In this document: in pieces, positions 49,292 to 58,149 of the stretch
Position numbering within the stretch: the stretch's first letter is position 1
Layout: each line of letters opens with the position of its first letter
NCBI GenBank assembly: GCA_934190785.1
Contig: CAKPTA010000001.1
Coordinates: forward strand, 13,514 to 77,513
DNA length: 64,000 nucleotides
Reading direction: 5' to 3'
DNA from: an uncultured Bacilli bacterium
Lineage (GTDB): Bacteria; Bacillota_I; Bacilli_A; RF39; UBA660
Made by a program: the position numbers and the translations under genes
Notes under the pieces: model-generated
The model's database searches: none
What the model saw: the letters and a program-made list of their open reading frames with translations, nothing else
Told to the model about the DNA's origin: nothing

Positions 49292-50461
49292 ATGAATATG
49301 AAGAAGAAAAATGTTATGTTTTTAATTGGTAAGATGCAAACAGGTGGAGCAGAGCATGTTGTATATAATTTATGTAATTCTCTAAAAGATGAATATAATA
49401 TAACACTTGTTACGCGTACGATGGAAGGTGCTGATTATATACCTGATGTTAATACTGTAGAAATACCTGAACTTGGTAGTAAAAAGAAATTATTCTTAGG
49501 ACTTAAAAAATTAAAAAAATTAAAAAAGAAGTTAAAAATTGATACTTCAATTAGTTTTTTGCTTAAGTATAATATTTATAATTATTTAACTAAAAATAAA
49601 GAAAGAGTTATTATATCTGTTAGAAATAATATAACATCTTCAAAGCGTATTTATTCTAAGACATATATAGCTTTATATAAAAAAATTATTAACAAAGTTG
49701 ATTTAGTTGTAAATGTATCAGCAACGACAATGGATGATTCTATTCGTAATTTTGGCGCTAACCGTAATAAAAATATTGTTATTCCAAATTTTTGTGATTA
49801 TGAATTTATAAATAGTGTTAAAAATGAAGAACTTCCAGATGAACATCGTGATATTTTTAAAAGGGATGTTATTATTTCTAATGGAAGATATAATTATCAA
49901 AAAGGGCAATGGCATTTAATTAGAGCATTTAAGAATGTTGCATCTAAAAATCCAAATGCTGTATTAGTTTTAACAGGAAGAGGTTCACTTAAAGAGTACT
50001 TTGAAGCATTAGTTGATGAATTAAATCTTAAAGATAATGTTTATATATTAGATTATGTAGATAACGTCTATAGATATATGCATCACGCAAAAATGTTCTT
50101 CTTAAATTCTTTTTATGAAGGTATGCCTAATGTTTTACTAGAAGCTATGGCGTGTGATTTACCTGTTATTGCAACCGATGCTCCAGGTGGTTCTAAAGAA
50201 ATATTAGAGCCTGGTTCTAATATTAATGAACGACTAAAAGAAGTAACTTGCGCTAGTTATGGGGTATTAGTTCCAATGTGTGATGGAAATATGTATAGTG
50301 CAAATGATGCTTTAACTAAAGAAGAAGAACAATTAGCTGATGCCATTAATATGATGTTAGAAGATGACAAGTTATATAATGACTATAAGAAAATTTCTGA
50401 ACAAAGAGTATTAGATTTTTCTAGGGATAAAATCTTGGATATGTGGCGAAAAATCATTTAA
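49292..50461 (+). CDS. GT4-family glycosyltransferase
   Basis: 'EGMPNVLLEAMACDLPVIATDAPGGSKEIL'; GGAGAG RBS before ATG 49292. Confidence 0.75.
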   Translation: MNMKKKNVMFLIGKMQTGGAEHVVYNLCNSLKDEYNITLVTRTMEGADYIPDVNTVEIPELGSKKKLFLGLKKLKKLKKKLKIDTSISFLLKYNIYNYLTKNKERVIISVRNNITSSKRIYSKTYIALYKKIINKVDLVVNVSATTMDDSIRNFGANRNKNIVIPNFCDYEFINSVKNEELPDEHRDIFKRDVIISNGRYNYQKGQWHLIRAFKNVASKNPNAVLVLTGRGSLKEYFEALVDELNLKDNVYILDYVDNVYRYMHHAKMFFLNSFYEGMPNVLLEAMACDLPVIATDAPGGSKEILEPGSNINERLKEVTCASYGVLVPMCDGNMYSANDALTKEEEQLADAINMMLEDDKLYNDYKKISEQRVLDFSRDKILDMWRKII

Positions 50462-50705
50462 AAACTTGACTTTTAAGTGAGGGGAAAGTATTATATATGC
50501 TAGTCAAATTACAAAAAAATAATATTACTGATACTATAATAAAATTCACAAAAAAATACAAAATTAAAATTAGAATTTTACATTATTAATTGAGATAATA
50601 AACGTTATCTTTTTTTTATTTCAGATGCATCTTATCTTGAAATAAATACTTATATTATTTATAATGTATATGTAATAGATAATAGATGGGAGTATAGGTG
50701 ATTTT

Positions 50706-51842
50706 ATGACTGATTCATATAAGTATAAATTATTTGTTCCATATAGGGTATCACCTCTTGGAGCTCACATTGACCATCAACTTGGAATTGTTACGGGATT
50801 TGCTCTTGATAAGGGAATAACTATTAAATATAATGCTACAAAAGATGGGAGATTTACAGTAGAATCACATGATTTTGAAGTTAAAACAAATTTTGATTAT
50901 GATTCAATACCTAAAATGGATGGATCATGGCATGATTATTTAGTTGGAAGTATCTTAGCATTAATGGAAAAGAATGATCTTAAATATGGAATAGATGCTT
51001 ATATATGTGAATCACTTCCAGTCGGTGGACTTGCTAGTTCTTCAGCTATTATAATTTCTTATATTTTATCAATTGCAACTGTAAATGATATTAAATTAGA
51101 AGAATATGATCTCATTAAATATGTTCAAAGTGTTGAAAATAAATATTTAAATACAAAAGTTGGAATATTAGATCCAAGTTGTGAAATATATGGAAGAGGC
51201 GATTCTTTGTTATGTTTTGATACTAAAAATAATCAACACAAGTTGATAAAAATGAATAGTAAAAGTAATTTTAAAATTTGTCTTATATATTCTGGTGTAT
51301 CAAGAAGACTTACAAATACAATGTATAATGTTAGAGTTGATGAATGTAAAGCATCAGCATTTCTTTTAAATTCGCTTCTTCAGAATAGTCCGATTGAGTA
51401 TAATAATGCTTATCTTAGAAATTTTTCATATGATGATTTTATTAAAAATAAGCAATATTTTCCAGTTAATTATTTGAAAAGAACTCATCACTTTTTTAGT
51501 GAAAGTGAAAGAGTAAATAAGGGAATTAAATATTTTATGAATGGTGATATGGATAATTTTGGAAAATTAGTATTTGAGTCTGGAACCAGTTCAATTGAAA
51601 ATTATGAAACAGGATCTGAACAATTAGAGGTTTTGCATAATATAGCAATGAAGACAAAAGGTATTTATGGTGGTAGATTTTCAGGAGCAGGATTTAATGG
51701 TTACTATATGGCTATCATTGATCCTAAATATGAAGATGAAATAATTAATGTGATAACAAAAGAATATCTTAATATCTATCCGCAATATAAAGATGATTTT
51801 AAAATATACTTATGTAATGTTGGGAGAGGAGTGAATTTATGA
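50706..51842 (+). CDS. GHMP-family sugar kinase (galactokinase-like)
   Basis: 'PYRVSPLGAHIDHQLG' motif I and 'LPVGGLASSSAIIISY' ATP-binding motif II. Confidence 0.7.
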   Translation: MTDSYKYKLFVPYRVSPLGAHIDHQLGIVTGFALDKGITIKYNATKDGRFTVESHDFEVKTNFDYDSIPKMDGSWHDYLVGSILALMEKNDLKYGIDAYICESLPVGGLASSSAIIISYILSIATVNDIKLEEYDLIKYVQSVENKYLNTKVGILDPSCEIYGRGDSLLCFDTKNNQHKLIKMNSKSNFKICLIYSGVSRRLTNTMYNVRVDECKASAFLLNSLLQNSPIEYNNAYLRNFSYDDFIKNKQYFPVNYLKRTHHFFSESERVNKGIKYFMNGDMDNFGKLVFESGTSSIENYETGSEQLEVLHNIAMKTKGIYGGRFSGAGFNGYYMAIIDPKYEDEIINVITKEYLNIYPQYKDDFKIYLCNVGRGVNL

Positions 51843-52564
51843 AATGTATTTTATTAGTAGGAGGTTATGCACGCCGTATGTATCCACTTACAGAAAATGT
51901 TCCTAAGCCTTTACTTAAAGTTAATGATAAAACTGTTTTGGATATTATTTTGGATATTATTGATGGTAGTACTAATGAAATAGATGAATATATATTAATT
52001 ACAAATGAAACATTTTATGAAAATTTTGTAGCTTGGAGTGAAAGCTCAAAATATAGAGAAAAAATAAAAATTATAAGTGATGGCTCTACTTCGAATGAAA
52101 AGAAAGTTGGTGCCACAACAGCACTTATTCAAACACTTACAAGTTATGAAGTTGATGATGATGTACTTGTTTTAGCTGGTGATAATATTTTAGATTTTTC
52201 ACTTGATTATATTTTTAAATATTTTATGAATAATCCATATTCTTGTATTATGTATTATAATGAAGATAAAAATGAAAAATTAAGAAAAACGGGTGTAATT
52301 GAAATCGATTGTGATGATTTTGTAAGTTCGATGGAAGAAAAACCAGAAAAGCCAAAAAGTCCTCATGCTGTTCCACCTTTTTATTGGCTAAAAAAGGAAG
52401 ATGTAAAAAAATTAATTAAGAAATTTGAAAATACTAGTCATATTGATTCGCTTGGAACAATAATATTAAAATTATGTGAGGAAACAAAAATTAAAGCTAT
52501 AAAAATGCATGGTAAAAGATATGATGTTGGTTCACTTGATGAGTATTATAAATTATTAGCGTAG
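51839..52564 (+). CDS. sugar-phosphate nucleotidyltransferase
   Basis: 'ILLVGGYARRMYPLTENVPKPLLKV' NTP_transferase motif; about 240 aa (HddC/GlmU-N-like size); start overlaps the kinase stop. Confidence 0.7.
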   Translation: MKCILLVGGYARRMYPLTENVPKPLLKVNDKTVLDIILDIIDGSTNEIDEYILITNETFYENFVAWSESSKYREKIKIISDGSTSNEKKVGATTALIQTLTSYEVDDDVLVLAGDNILDFSLDYIFKYFMNNPYSCIMYYNEDKNEKLRKTGVIEIDCDDFVSSMEEKPEKPKSPHAVPPFYWLKKEDVKKLIKKFENTSHIDSLGTIILKLCEETKIKAIKMHGKRYDVGSLDEYYKLLA

Positions 52565-52572
52565 GGGGATGT

Positions 52573-54222
52573 ATGGAATTATTTGGAGTAATAAAAAATG
52601 ATAAAGTAAGTATATTTGTTGATGAAGAAAAAGTAAAAAACAATAATTTATTTGTTTTTATTAAGGGTAAAATATTTAATTTTGATGAGTTAGTAAAGAA
52701 GTATAAAATTAAAGTAAATAACGAAAATGAATTAATAAGTGAACTTTACACTAAAGATGGTGTATCTTTTATAGATGAATTAGATGGAAATTTTTGTATT
52801 ATAATATATGATTATAAAATAAATAAAATATTTCTTTTGAGGGATAAACTAGGTAGTGAACCTATTTACTATTATACAAAAGATAATTTATTTATGGTTT
52901 CTACGTCATTAAAAAAATTAGAAGAAAATGAATTTTTTGTAAAAAAAATAAATAAACAAGCATTATCTAATTATTTAGGATATATGTATATTTATGAACC
53001 ATTAACAATTTTTGAAGATACTTATAAAGTAGAAGCAGGGTGCATTTTATGCAGAGATTCTTCTAATATAGAAGTAAATAGATATTTTGATTTAGCTAAG
53101 CTTTATAAAAAGACGAAAAGATTAAAGCATGTAAGCGAAGAAGAGTTAATTAATAATTATACAAAGTTATTTAAAAAATCATTATTAAAGCGTGGTAACA
53201 GAAACTCTAGTGTTGGTATTTTAATGAGTAGTGGTAAAGATTCTACTTTACTTGCTAAACTTTCTAGTATGTATTTTCATGGTAATATTAATACATATAC
53301 TCTGGGTTTTGAAAATGAAAGAGATGAAAGTAAAGGCGCTAATGCTATTGCAAATTATATTAAGAGCAATCATCATTTAATCCCTTTACATGATAATGAT
53401 GTTTTAAAAACTATTAAAGAAATGCCTAAATATTATGATGAACCATTTGCTGACCCATCTATTATTCCAAGTATGTATTTAGCATCTAATATTCATGATG
53501 ATAATGATTTTTATATTACGGGAGAAGGAAATGATGCAGTATTCTTAAATTCTAGTATGTATAATATTTATAATTTTTCTAAGAGAATTAAATTATATGT
53601 AAAAAAATTGATTAATATTTATAATCACAAAAGAGTTTATCACAACTTTAGTGAAATGGCACAAGTTAATATTTTAGGAAGATTTAATTATTCTGATAAA
53701 ATTACCGGCATAAAAGGAAAAGTTTATAAGTTGTCATATGTTAGAAATAGACGTATGCGTGCTATGATTGGTGATTTAAAACATACAGTTCCAGAAAAAT
53801 ATAAAGTAAAAACTAAATCTATTATGAAATTTTATAACAATAAATGTTATACTCCATATTATGATTTAGATGTTATAACATATTTATTTAAGACACCAAT
53901 AAATAAAGTTTATAAAAATAATCATGGAAAATATATATTTGAGAAGGTTTTATATAAAAATATTCCTAAAGAATATTATGAAAAATATAAAAAGAATGGC
54001 TTTGGAGTTCCACTTACAGTTTGGGTTAAGAAGATAATGCTTAATGATATAAAAACTTTATCTAAGAAAAAGACTATTGATAAGCAAGGATTATTTAATT
54101 ATGATGAATTAACAAAACTTATTTTAGATTTTGAAGAAAATAGTGATTATAATAAAGCTTGTGTGCTTTGGTGTTACTATATCTTTCAGTTATGGTATCA
54201 AGAAAATATAGAAAAATTATAA
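52573..54222 (+). CDS. asparagine synthetase B-like amidotransferase/amidoligase lacking the N-terminal Cys nucleophile
   Basis: AsnB core 'LRDKLGSEPIYYY' and PP-loop 'SSGKDST', but begins 'MELFGV…' with no Cys2 and a shortened glutaminase domain. Confidence 0.65.
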   Translation: MELFGVIKNDKVSIFVDEEKVKNNNLFVFIKGKIFNFDELVKKYKIKVNNENELISELYTKDGVSFIDELDGNFCIIIYDYKINKIFLLRDKLGSEPIYYYTKDNLFMVSTSLKKLEENEFFVKKINKQALSNYLGYMYIYEPLTIFEDTYKVEAGCILCRDSSNIEVNRYFDLAKLYKKTKRLKHVSEEELINNYTKLFKKSLLKRGNRNSSVGILMSSGKDSTLLAKLSSMYFHGNINTYTLGFENERDESKGANAIANYIKSNHHLIPLHDNDVLKTIKEMPKYYDEPFADPSIIPSMYLASNIHDDNDFYITGEGNDAVFLNSSMYNIYNFSKRIKLYVKKLINIYNHKRVYHNFSEMAQVNILGRFNYSDKITGIKGKVYKLSYVRNRRMRAMIGDLKHTVPEKYKVKTKSIMKFYNNKCYTPYYDLDVITYLFKTPINKVYKNNHGKYIFEKVLYKNIPKEYYEKYKKNGFGVPLTVWVKKIMLNDIKTLSKKKTIDKQGLFNYDELTKLILDFEENSDYNKACVLWCYYIFQLWYQENIEKL

Positions 54223-54235
54223 GGAGTAGGTAATC

Positions 54236-55345
54236 ATGAAAGTACTGTTTGTTGCTAATACAGATAAGCATATAAATTTATGTTATAGACCATACATGAA
54301 ATATTTAAAAGAAAACAATTTTACTGTACATACTGCAACAAACACGGATGTTATGCTTGATTACTCCATAAAAAAGTATAAGATACCTATTTATCGCAGT
54401 CCATTTCATGTTGGAAACATAAGAGCAATTTTAAAATTAAGGAAAATTATAAACAATGAACAATACGATATTATCAGCTGTAGTACACCAATGGGAGGTG
54501 TTATTGCTAGAGTAGCAGCTATTAAAGCGAGAGAGAAATATAATACTAAAGTTCTTTATACAGCTCATGGTTTTCATTTTTTTAGTGTTCATGGTAAATT
54601 AAAAGGTAAAATATATTATTTAATTGAAAAAATTTTAGCTAAATACACTGATATTTTAGTTACTATTAATGATGAAGATTATAATATTGCTAAAAAAAAT
54701 TTTAATACTGATACAAGGCTTATTAAGGGAATAGGTTTTAATAAAGAAAGATTAAATAACAAGTTAACAAAAGAAGAAATAAAAAAAATGCGCTCTATAT
54801 TAAATCTTAAAGAGAGCGATTATGTTATTATATATATTGCAGAAATATCAAAAAGAAAAAGACAAAAGTATTTAATAAAAGCATTATCAAAAATAAATGA
54901 TGATAATATTAAATTATTATTAGTTGGGGATGATATTTTAAATACAAATATAAACAAATATATTCATAAACTTTCTTTAGATAGTAGAGTTAAAATTTTG
55001 GGATTTAGAGATGATATTTCAAATCTTTTAGATATATCTGATTTGGTTGTCTCAGTATCTAGTCAAGAAGGACTTCCTTTGAATATAATGGAAGCTATGT
55101 ATAAAAATAAAGCAATTATTGTAACTGATTGTAGAGGAAATAGAGATTTAATTAAAAACAATTATAATGGAATAGTAGTTCCCATTAGTGATATTTGTGA
55201 ACTTAATAAAAATATAGTTGATCTAAAGAAAAATAAAAATAAAGCATTAAAGATGGGTGCGATTAATAAAGATATAATTAATGAATATAGTGTTGATAAT
55301 ATTTTAAGTAAATATGTAGATATTTATGAAGAGTTACTTAAGTAG
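54236..55345 (+). CDS. GT4-family glycosyltransferase
   Basis: 'EGLPLNIMEAMYKNKAIIVTDCRGNRDLI'. Confidence 0.7.
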   Translation: MKVLFVANTDKHINLCYRPYMKYLKENNFTVHTATNTDVMLDYSIKKYKIPIYRSPFHVGNIRAILKLRKIINNEQYDIISCSTPMGGVIARVAAIKAREKYNTKVLYTAHGFHFFSVHGKLKGKIYYLIEKILAKYTDILVTINDEDYNIAKKNFNTDTRLIKGIGFNKERLNNKLTKEEIKKMRSILNLKESDYVIIYIAEISKRKRQKYLIKALSKINDDNIKLLLVGDDILNTNINKYIHKLSLDSRVKILGFRDDISNLLDISDLVVSVSSQEGLPLNIMEAMYKNKAIIVTDCRGNRDLIKNNYNGIVVPISDICELNKNIVDLKKNKNKALKMGAINKDIINEYSVDNILSKYVDIYEELLK

Positions 55346-55353
55346 GTGAATTA

Positions 55354-57066
55354 ATGAAAAAAATTATAAATGATATAAAAGCAAGCAAAGCCTTTCTTAA
55401 AAATTGTAAAAAAGAAATCATATTAATAATTATTTTAAGTATTTTTGTAACACTTATTTCTATTATAAATCCATCTATCTGTGGTATGATTGTTAATAAT
55501 ATTTTAGCCTCTAATTTTAAAAAGTCATTCATCCTAGCAATTGCAATTAGTGTATTTCAATTTGCACTTGTTTCGTGCAATCTTTTAATTAGTAAAAACT
55601 ATTTAAAAGCTCAACAAAAAATGATTTTAAACATTAGAAAAAGTGCTTGTAGACTTTTACTTAATTTAAAACTTGGTGTTATCACAAAAAAAGGTCAAGG
55701 TAAATTCTTAAGCAGAATCAAAGGTGATTCTACTAAAATCGCATCTTATTTTAGTAATATGAAAGATAGTATTGTTCTAGCTTTGAGTAATATCGGAGTA
55801 TTGTTTATTATTTTTAAACTAAATTATATTATTGGAATTTATTATTTAATATGTACTATTATATTACTTACAATTCGTTATTATGGTGTAAAAAAGAGTT
55901 TATATTATAGGAAACTTAATTTAGAATTATCTGACAATAACTCTATGTTACTTGGACAAGTTATCAAAGGTGCTAGAGATATTAAGGTTTTAAAATTAAA
56001 AAGTATTTTTAATGAACAAGCAGATCGTTCATTTGAACAAATATCTAATTTAGAATACAAAAGTAATATTTATTTTGAATATACAAATAAAATATGTAAT
56101 TTCATAGAAACAGTATCTACTGGTTGTCTAATTTTTTTATCTATTTTTCTTATAAAAATAAATGCTTTGACAACTGATTCATTTGTTATTATTTTTATGT
56201 ATCGCACAAGTATTTTTACCTTTTCTAATAAAATAGGGCAGTTATTAAATCAATTTGGTCAATTTCAGTTATCACTTGATCGTATTTTAGCTATTTTTGA
56301 ATATAGTGTTGAAAGCTATGGTAATGTTGAAATGAAAGATTATTTAGGAAGTATTAAATTTGATCATGTTTCATATGAATATGAAGAGGGATTTTCTCTA
56401 AAGGATATATCATTTAATGTAGATAATGGTAAGTTTATATCATTTGTTGGAAAGAGTGGTTCAGGAAAATCAACTATCTTTTCACTTTTAACAAAAATAA
56501 TTGAACCGGATAAGGGATCTATCTATTTTGACTCCTATAATTTGAGTGATGTAACAGAGGATAGCATTCGTGAAAATATTTCTTTAGTAACACAACAACC
56601 ATTTTTATTTAATATGACCATTCGTGAAAATCTATCTATTATTGATGATAACGTTGATCATATTAATAAAGTTTGTCATGATGTTGGTCTAGATCGTCTT
56701 ATTTCTAATTTAGAAAATGGTTATGATACTGTTATAGATGAAGACGGAGGTAATTTAAGCGGTGGTGAAAAACAAAAATTAGCGCTTGCTCGAGTATTAC
56801 TATCTAATACTAAAGTAATCCTTTTAGATGAAGTTACAAATAATCTTGATAATACCGCTAGAAATGATATAAAAGAAATTATAAATAGTTTAAAAGGAAA
56901 ATATACAATTATTATGATTACACATGATATGGATATGGTTGACACATCTGACAATATTATTGTTTTAAACAATGGAGAAATAGTTGGCATGGGAACACAT
57001 AATGAATTATTAAAAACAAATAGTTATTATGAAAAATTATACTATGGAGATAAAGATGAAGCGTAA
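55354..57066 (+). CDS. ABC exporter, fused permease/ATPase (MsbA/PglK-like)
   Basis: Six N-terminal TM helices; Walker A 'GKSGSGKST', signature 'LSGGEKQKLALARV', Walker B 'ILLDE'. Confidence 0.8.
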   Translation: MKKIINDIKASKAFLKNCKKEIILIIILSIFVTLISIINPSICGMIVNNILASNFKKSFILAIAISVFQFALVSCNLLISKNYLKAQQKMILNIRKSACRLLLNLKLGVITKKGQGKFLSRIKGDSTKIASYFSNMKDSIVLALSNIGVLFIIFKLNYIIGIYYLICTIILLTIRYYGVKKSLYYRKLNLELSDNNSMLLGQVIKGARDIKVLKLKSIFNEQADRSFEQISNLEYKSNIYFEYTNKICNFIETVSTGCLIFLSIFLIKINALTTDSFVIIFMYRTSIFTFSNKIGQLLNQFGQFQLSLDRILAIFEYSVESYGNVEMKDYLGSIKFDHVSYEYEEGFSLKDISFNVDNGKFISFVGKSGSGKSTIFSLLTKIIEPDKGSIYFDSYNLSDVTEDSIRENISLVTQQPFLFNMTIRENLSIIDDNVDHINKVCHDVGLDRLISNLENGYDTVIDEDGGNLSGGEKQKLALARVLLSNTKVILLDEVTNNLDNTARNDIKEIINSLKGKYTIIMITHDMDMVDTSDNIIVLNNGEIVGMGTHNELLKTNSYYEKLYYGDKDEA

Positions 57067-58144
57067 GATAATGTTTTATACAATGACACTAAAAAAAGGT
57101 GGAGCAGAGAATACGATTGTTAATATTGCAAATGAATTTATTAATAAATATGATATTACAATTGTAACTAATATAAAGTGTAAATCAGAATATATTTTGG
57201 ATAGTAGAGTTAAACATATTTGTTTAGATAAGGATAATAAACAAAATGAATCTTTTCTAAAAAAAATTATAACTAAATTAAGCCCAAAAAGAACAAAATA
57301 TTTAAAGAAAGTAATCATTAGTGAAAAACCTGATCTTGTTTTTTCTTTCTTGCCAGAACCTTCAATTAGATTACTTAAATTAAAAAGATATTTTAAAATT
57401 CCTTTGCTTGTTTCTGTTAGAAATCATCCTGAACATGAATTTATTCATTTAAAAAAAATAAGAGATTTTTATTATAAAAAAGCAACAACAGTTATTGTAC
57501 AGGATAAAAGTTATATTAAATATTTTAGTGATGATGTGAAAAAAAATATGAATGTTATACCTAACTTTTTAACTGAAGAATTTACAAGGTATGAATCTAG
57601 TATAGAAAAAAGAAACAAAATAGTTACAGTAACAAGATTGGAACCACAAAAAAACTTACAGCTATTAATTAGGGCATTTTCTTTGCTTGATCATAAATTT
57701 GATGATTATGAATTATATATTTATGGGATTGGTAGTGAATATGAAAAATTAAAAAAACTAATTGATAAATATGATCTAAACAAGATAGTTATTTTGGCTG
57801 GAAGAGTTAAATCAATACCTGATGAGATAAGTGATGCTGTTTTATTTGTTTTACCATCTAACTATGAAGGTATGCCAAATGTTTTACTAGAAGCAATGTC
57901 ATTATCTATTCCTGTTATTACAACTTATTCAACAGAAGTCATTGATTCTATTATTACTAGTGATGAAAATGGTATAATTGTTCCAGTAGGTGATGCATTA
58001 GCACTAAGAGATGCAATGGATAGATTGCTTAGTAACAAAGAATTACAAAATAAACTTAAAACTAATGCAAGTAAGGTTAGAGAAATATATAATAAAGATA
58101 ATATTATTAAGTTATGGGAAGAAATTATTGAAAGGTATTTGTAA
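57056..58144 (+). CDS. GT4-family glycosyltransferase
   Basis: 'EGMPNVLLEAMSLSIPVITT'; GGAGA RBS before ATG 57056; overlaps the ABC gene by 11 nt. Confidence 0.7.
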   Translation: MKRKIMFYTMTLKKGGAENTIVNIANEFINKYDITIVTNIKCKSEYILDSRVKHICLDKDNKQNESFLKKIITKLSPKRTKYLKKVIISEKPDLVFSFLPEPSIRLLKLKRYFKIPLLVSVRNHPEHEFIHLKKIRDFYYKKATTVIVQDKSYIKYFSDDVKKNMNVIPNFLTEEFTRYESSIEKRNKIVTVTRLEPQKNLQLLIRAFSLLDHKFDDYELYIYGIGSEYEKLKKLIDKYDLNKIVILAGRVKSIPDEISDAVLFVLPSNYEGMPNVLLEAMSLSIPVITTYSTEVIDSIITSDENGIIVPVGDALALRDAMDRLLSNKELQNKLKTNASKVREIYNKDNIIKLWEEIIERYL

Positions 58145-58149
58145 TATTT

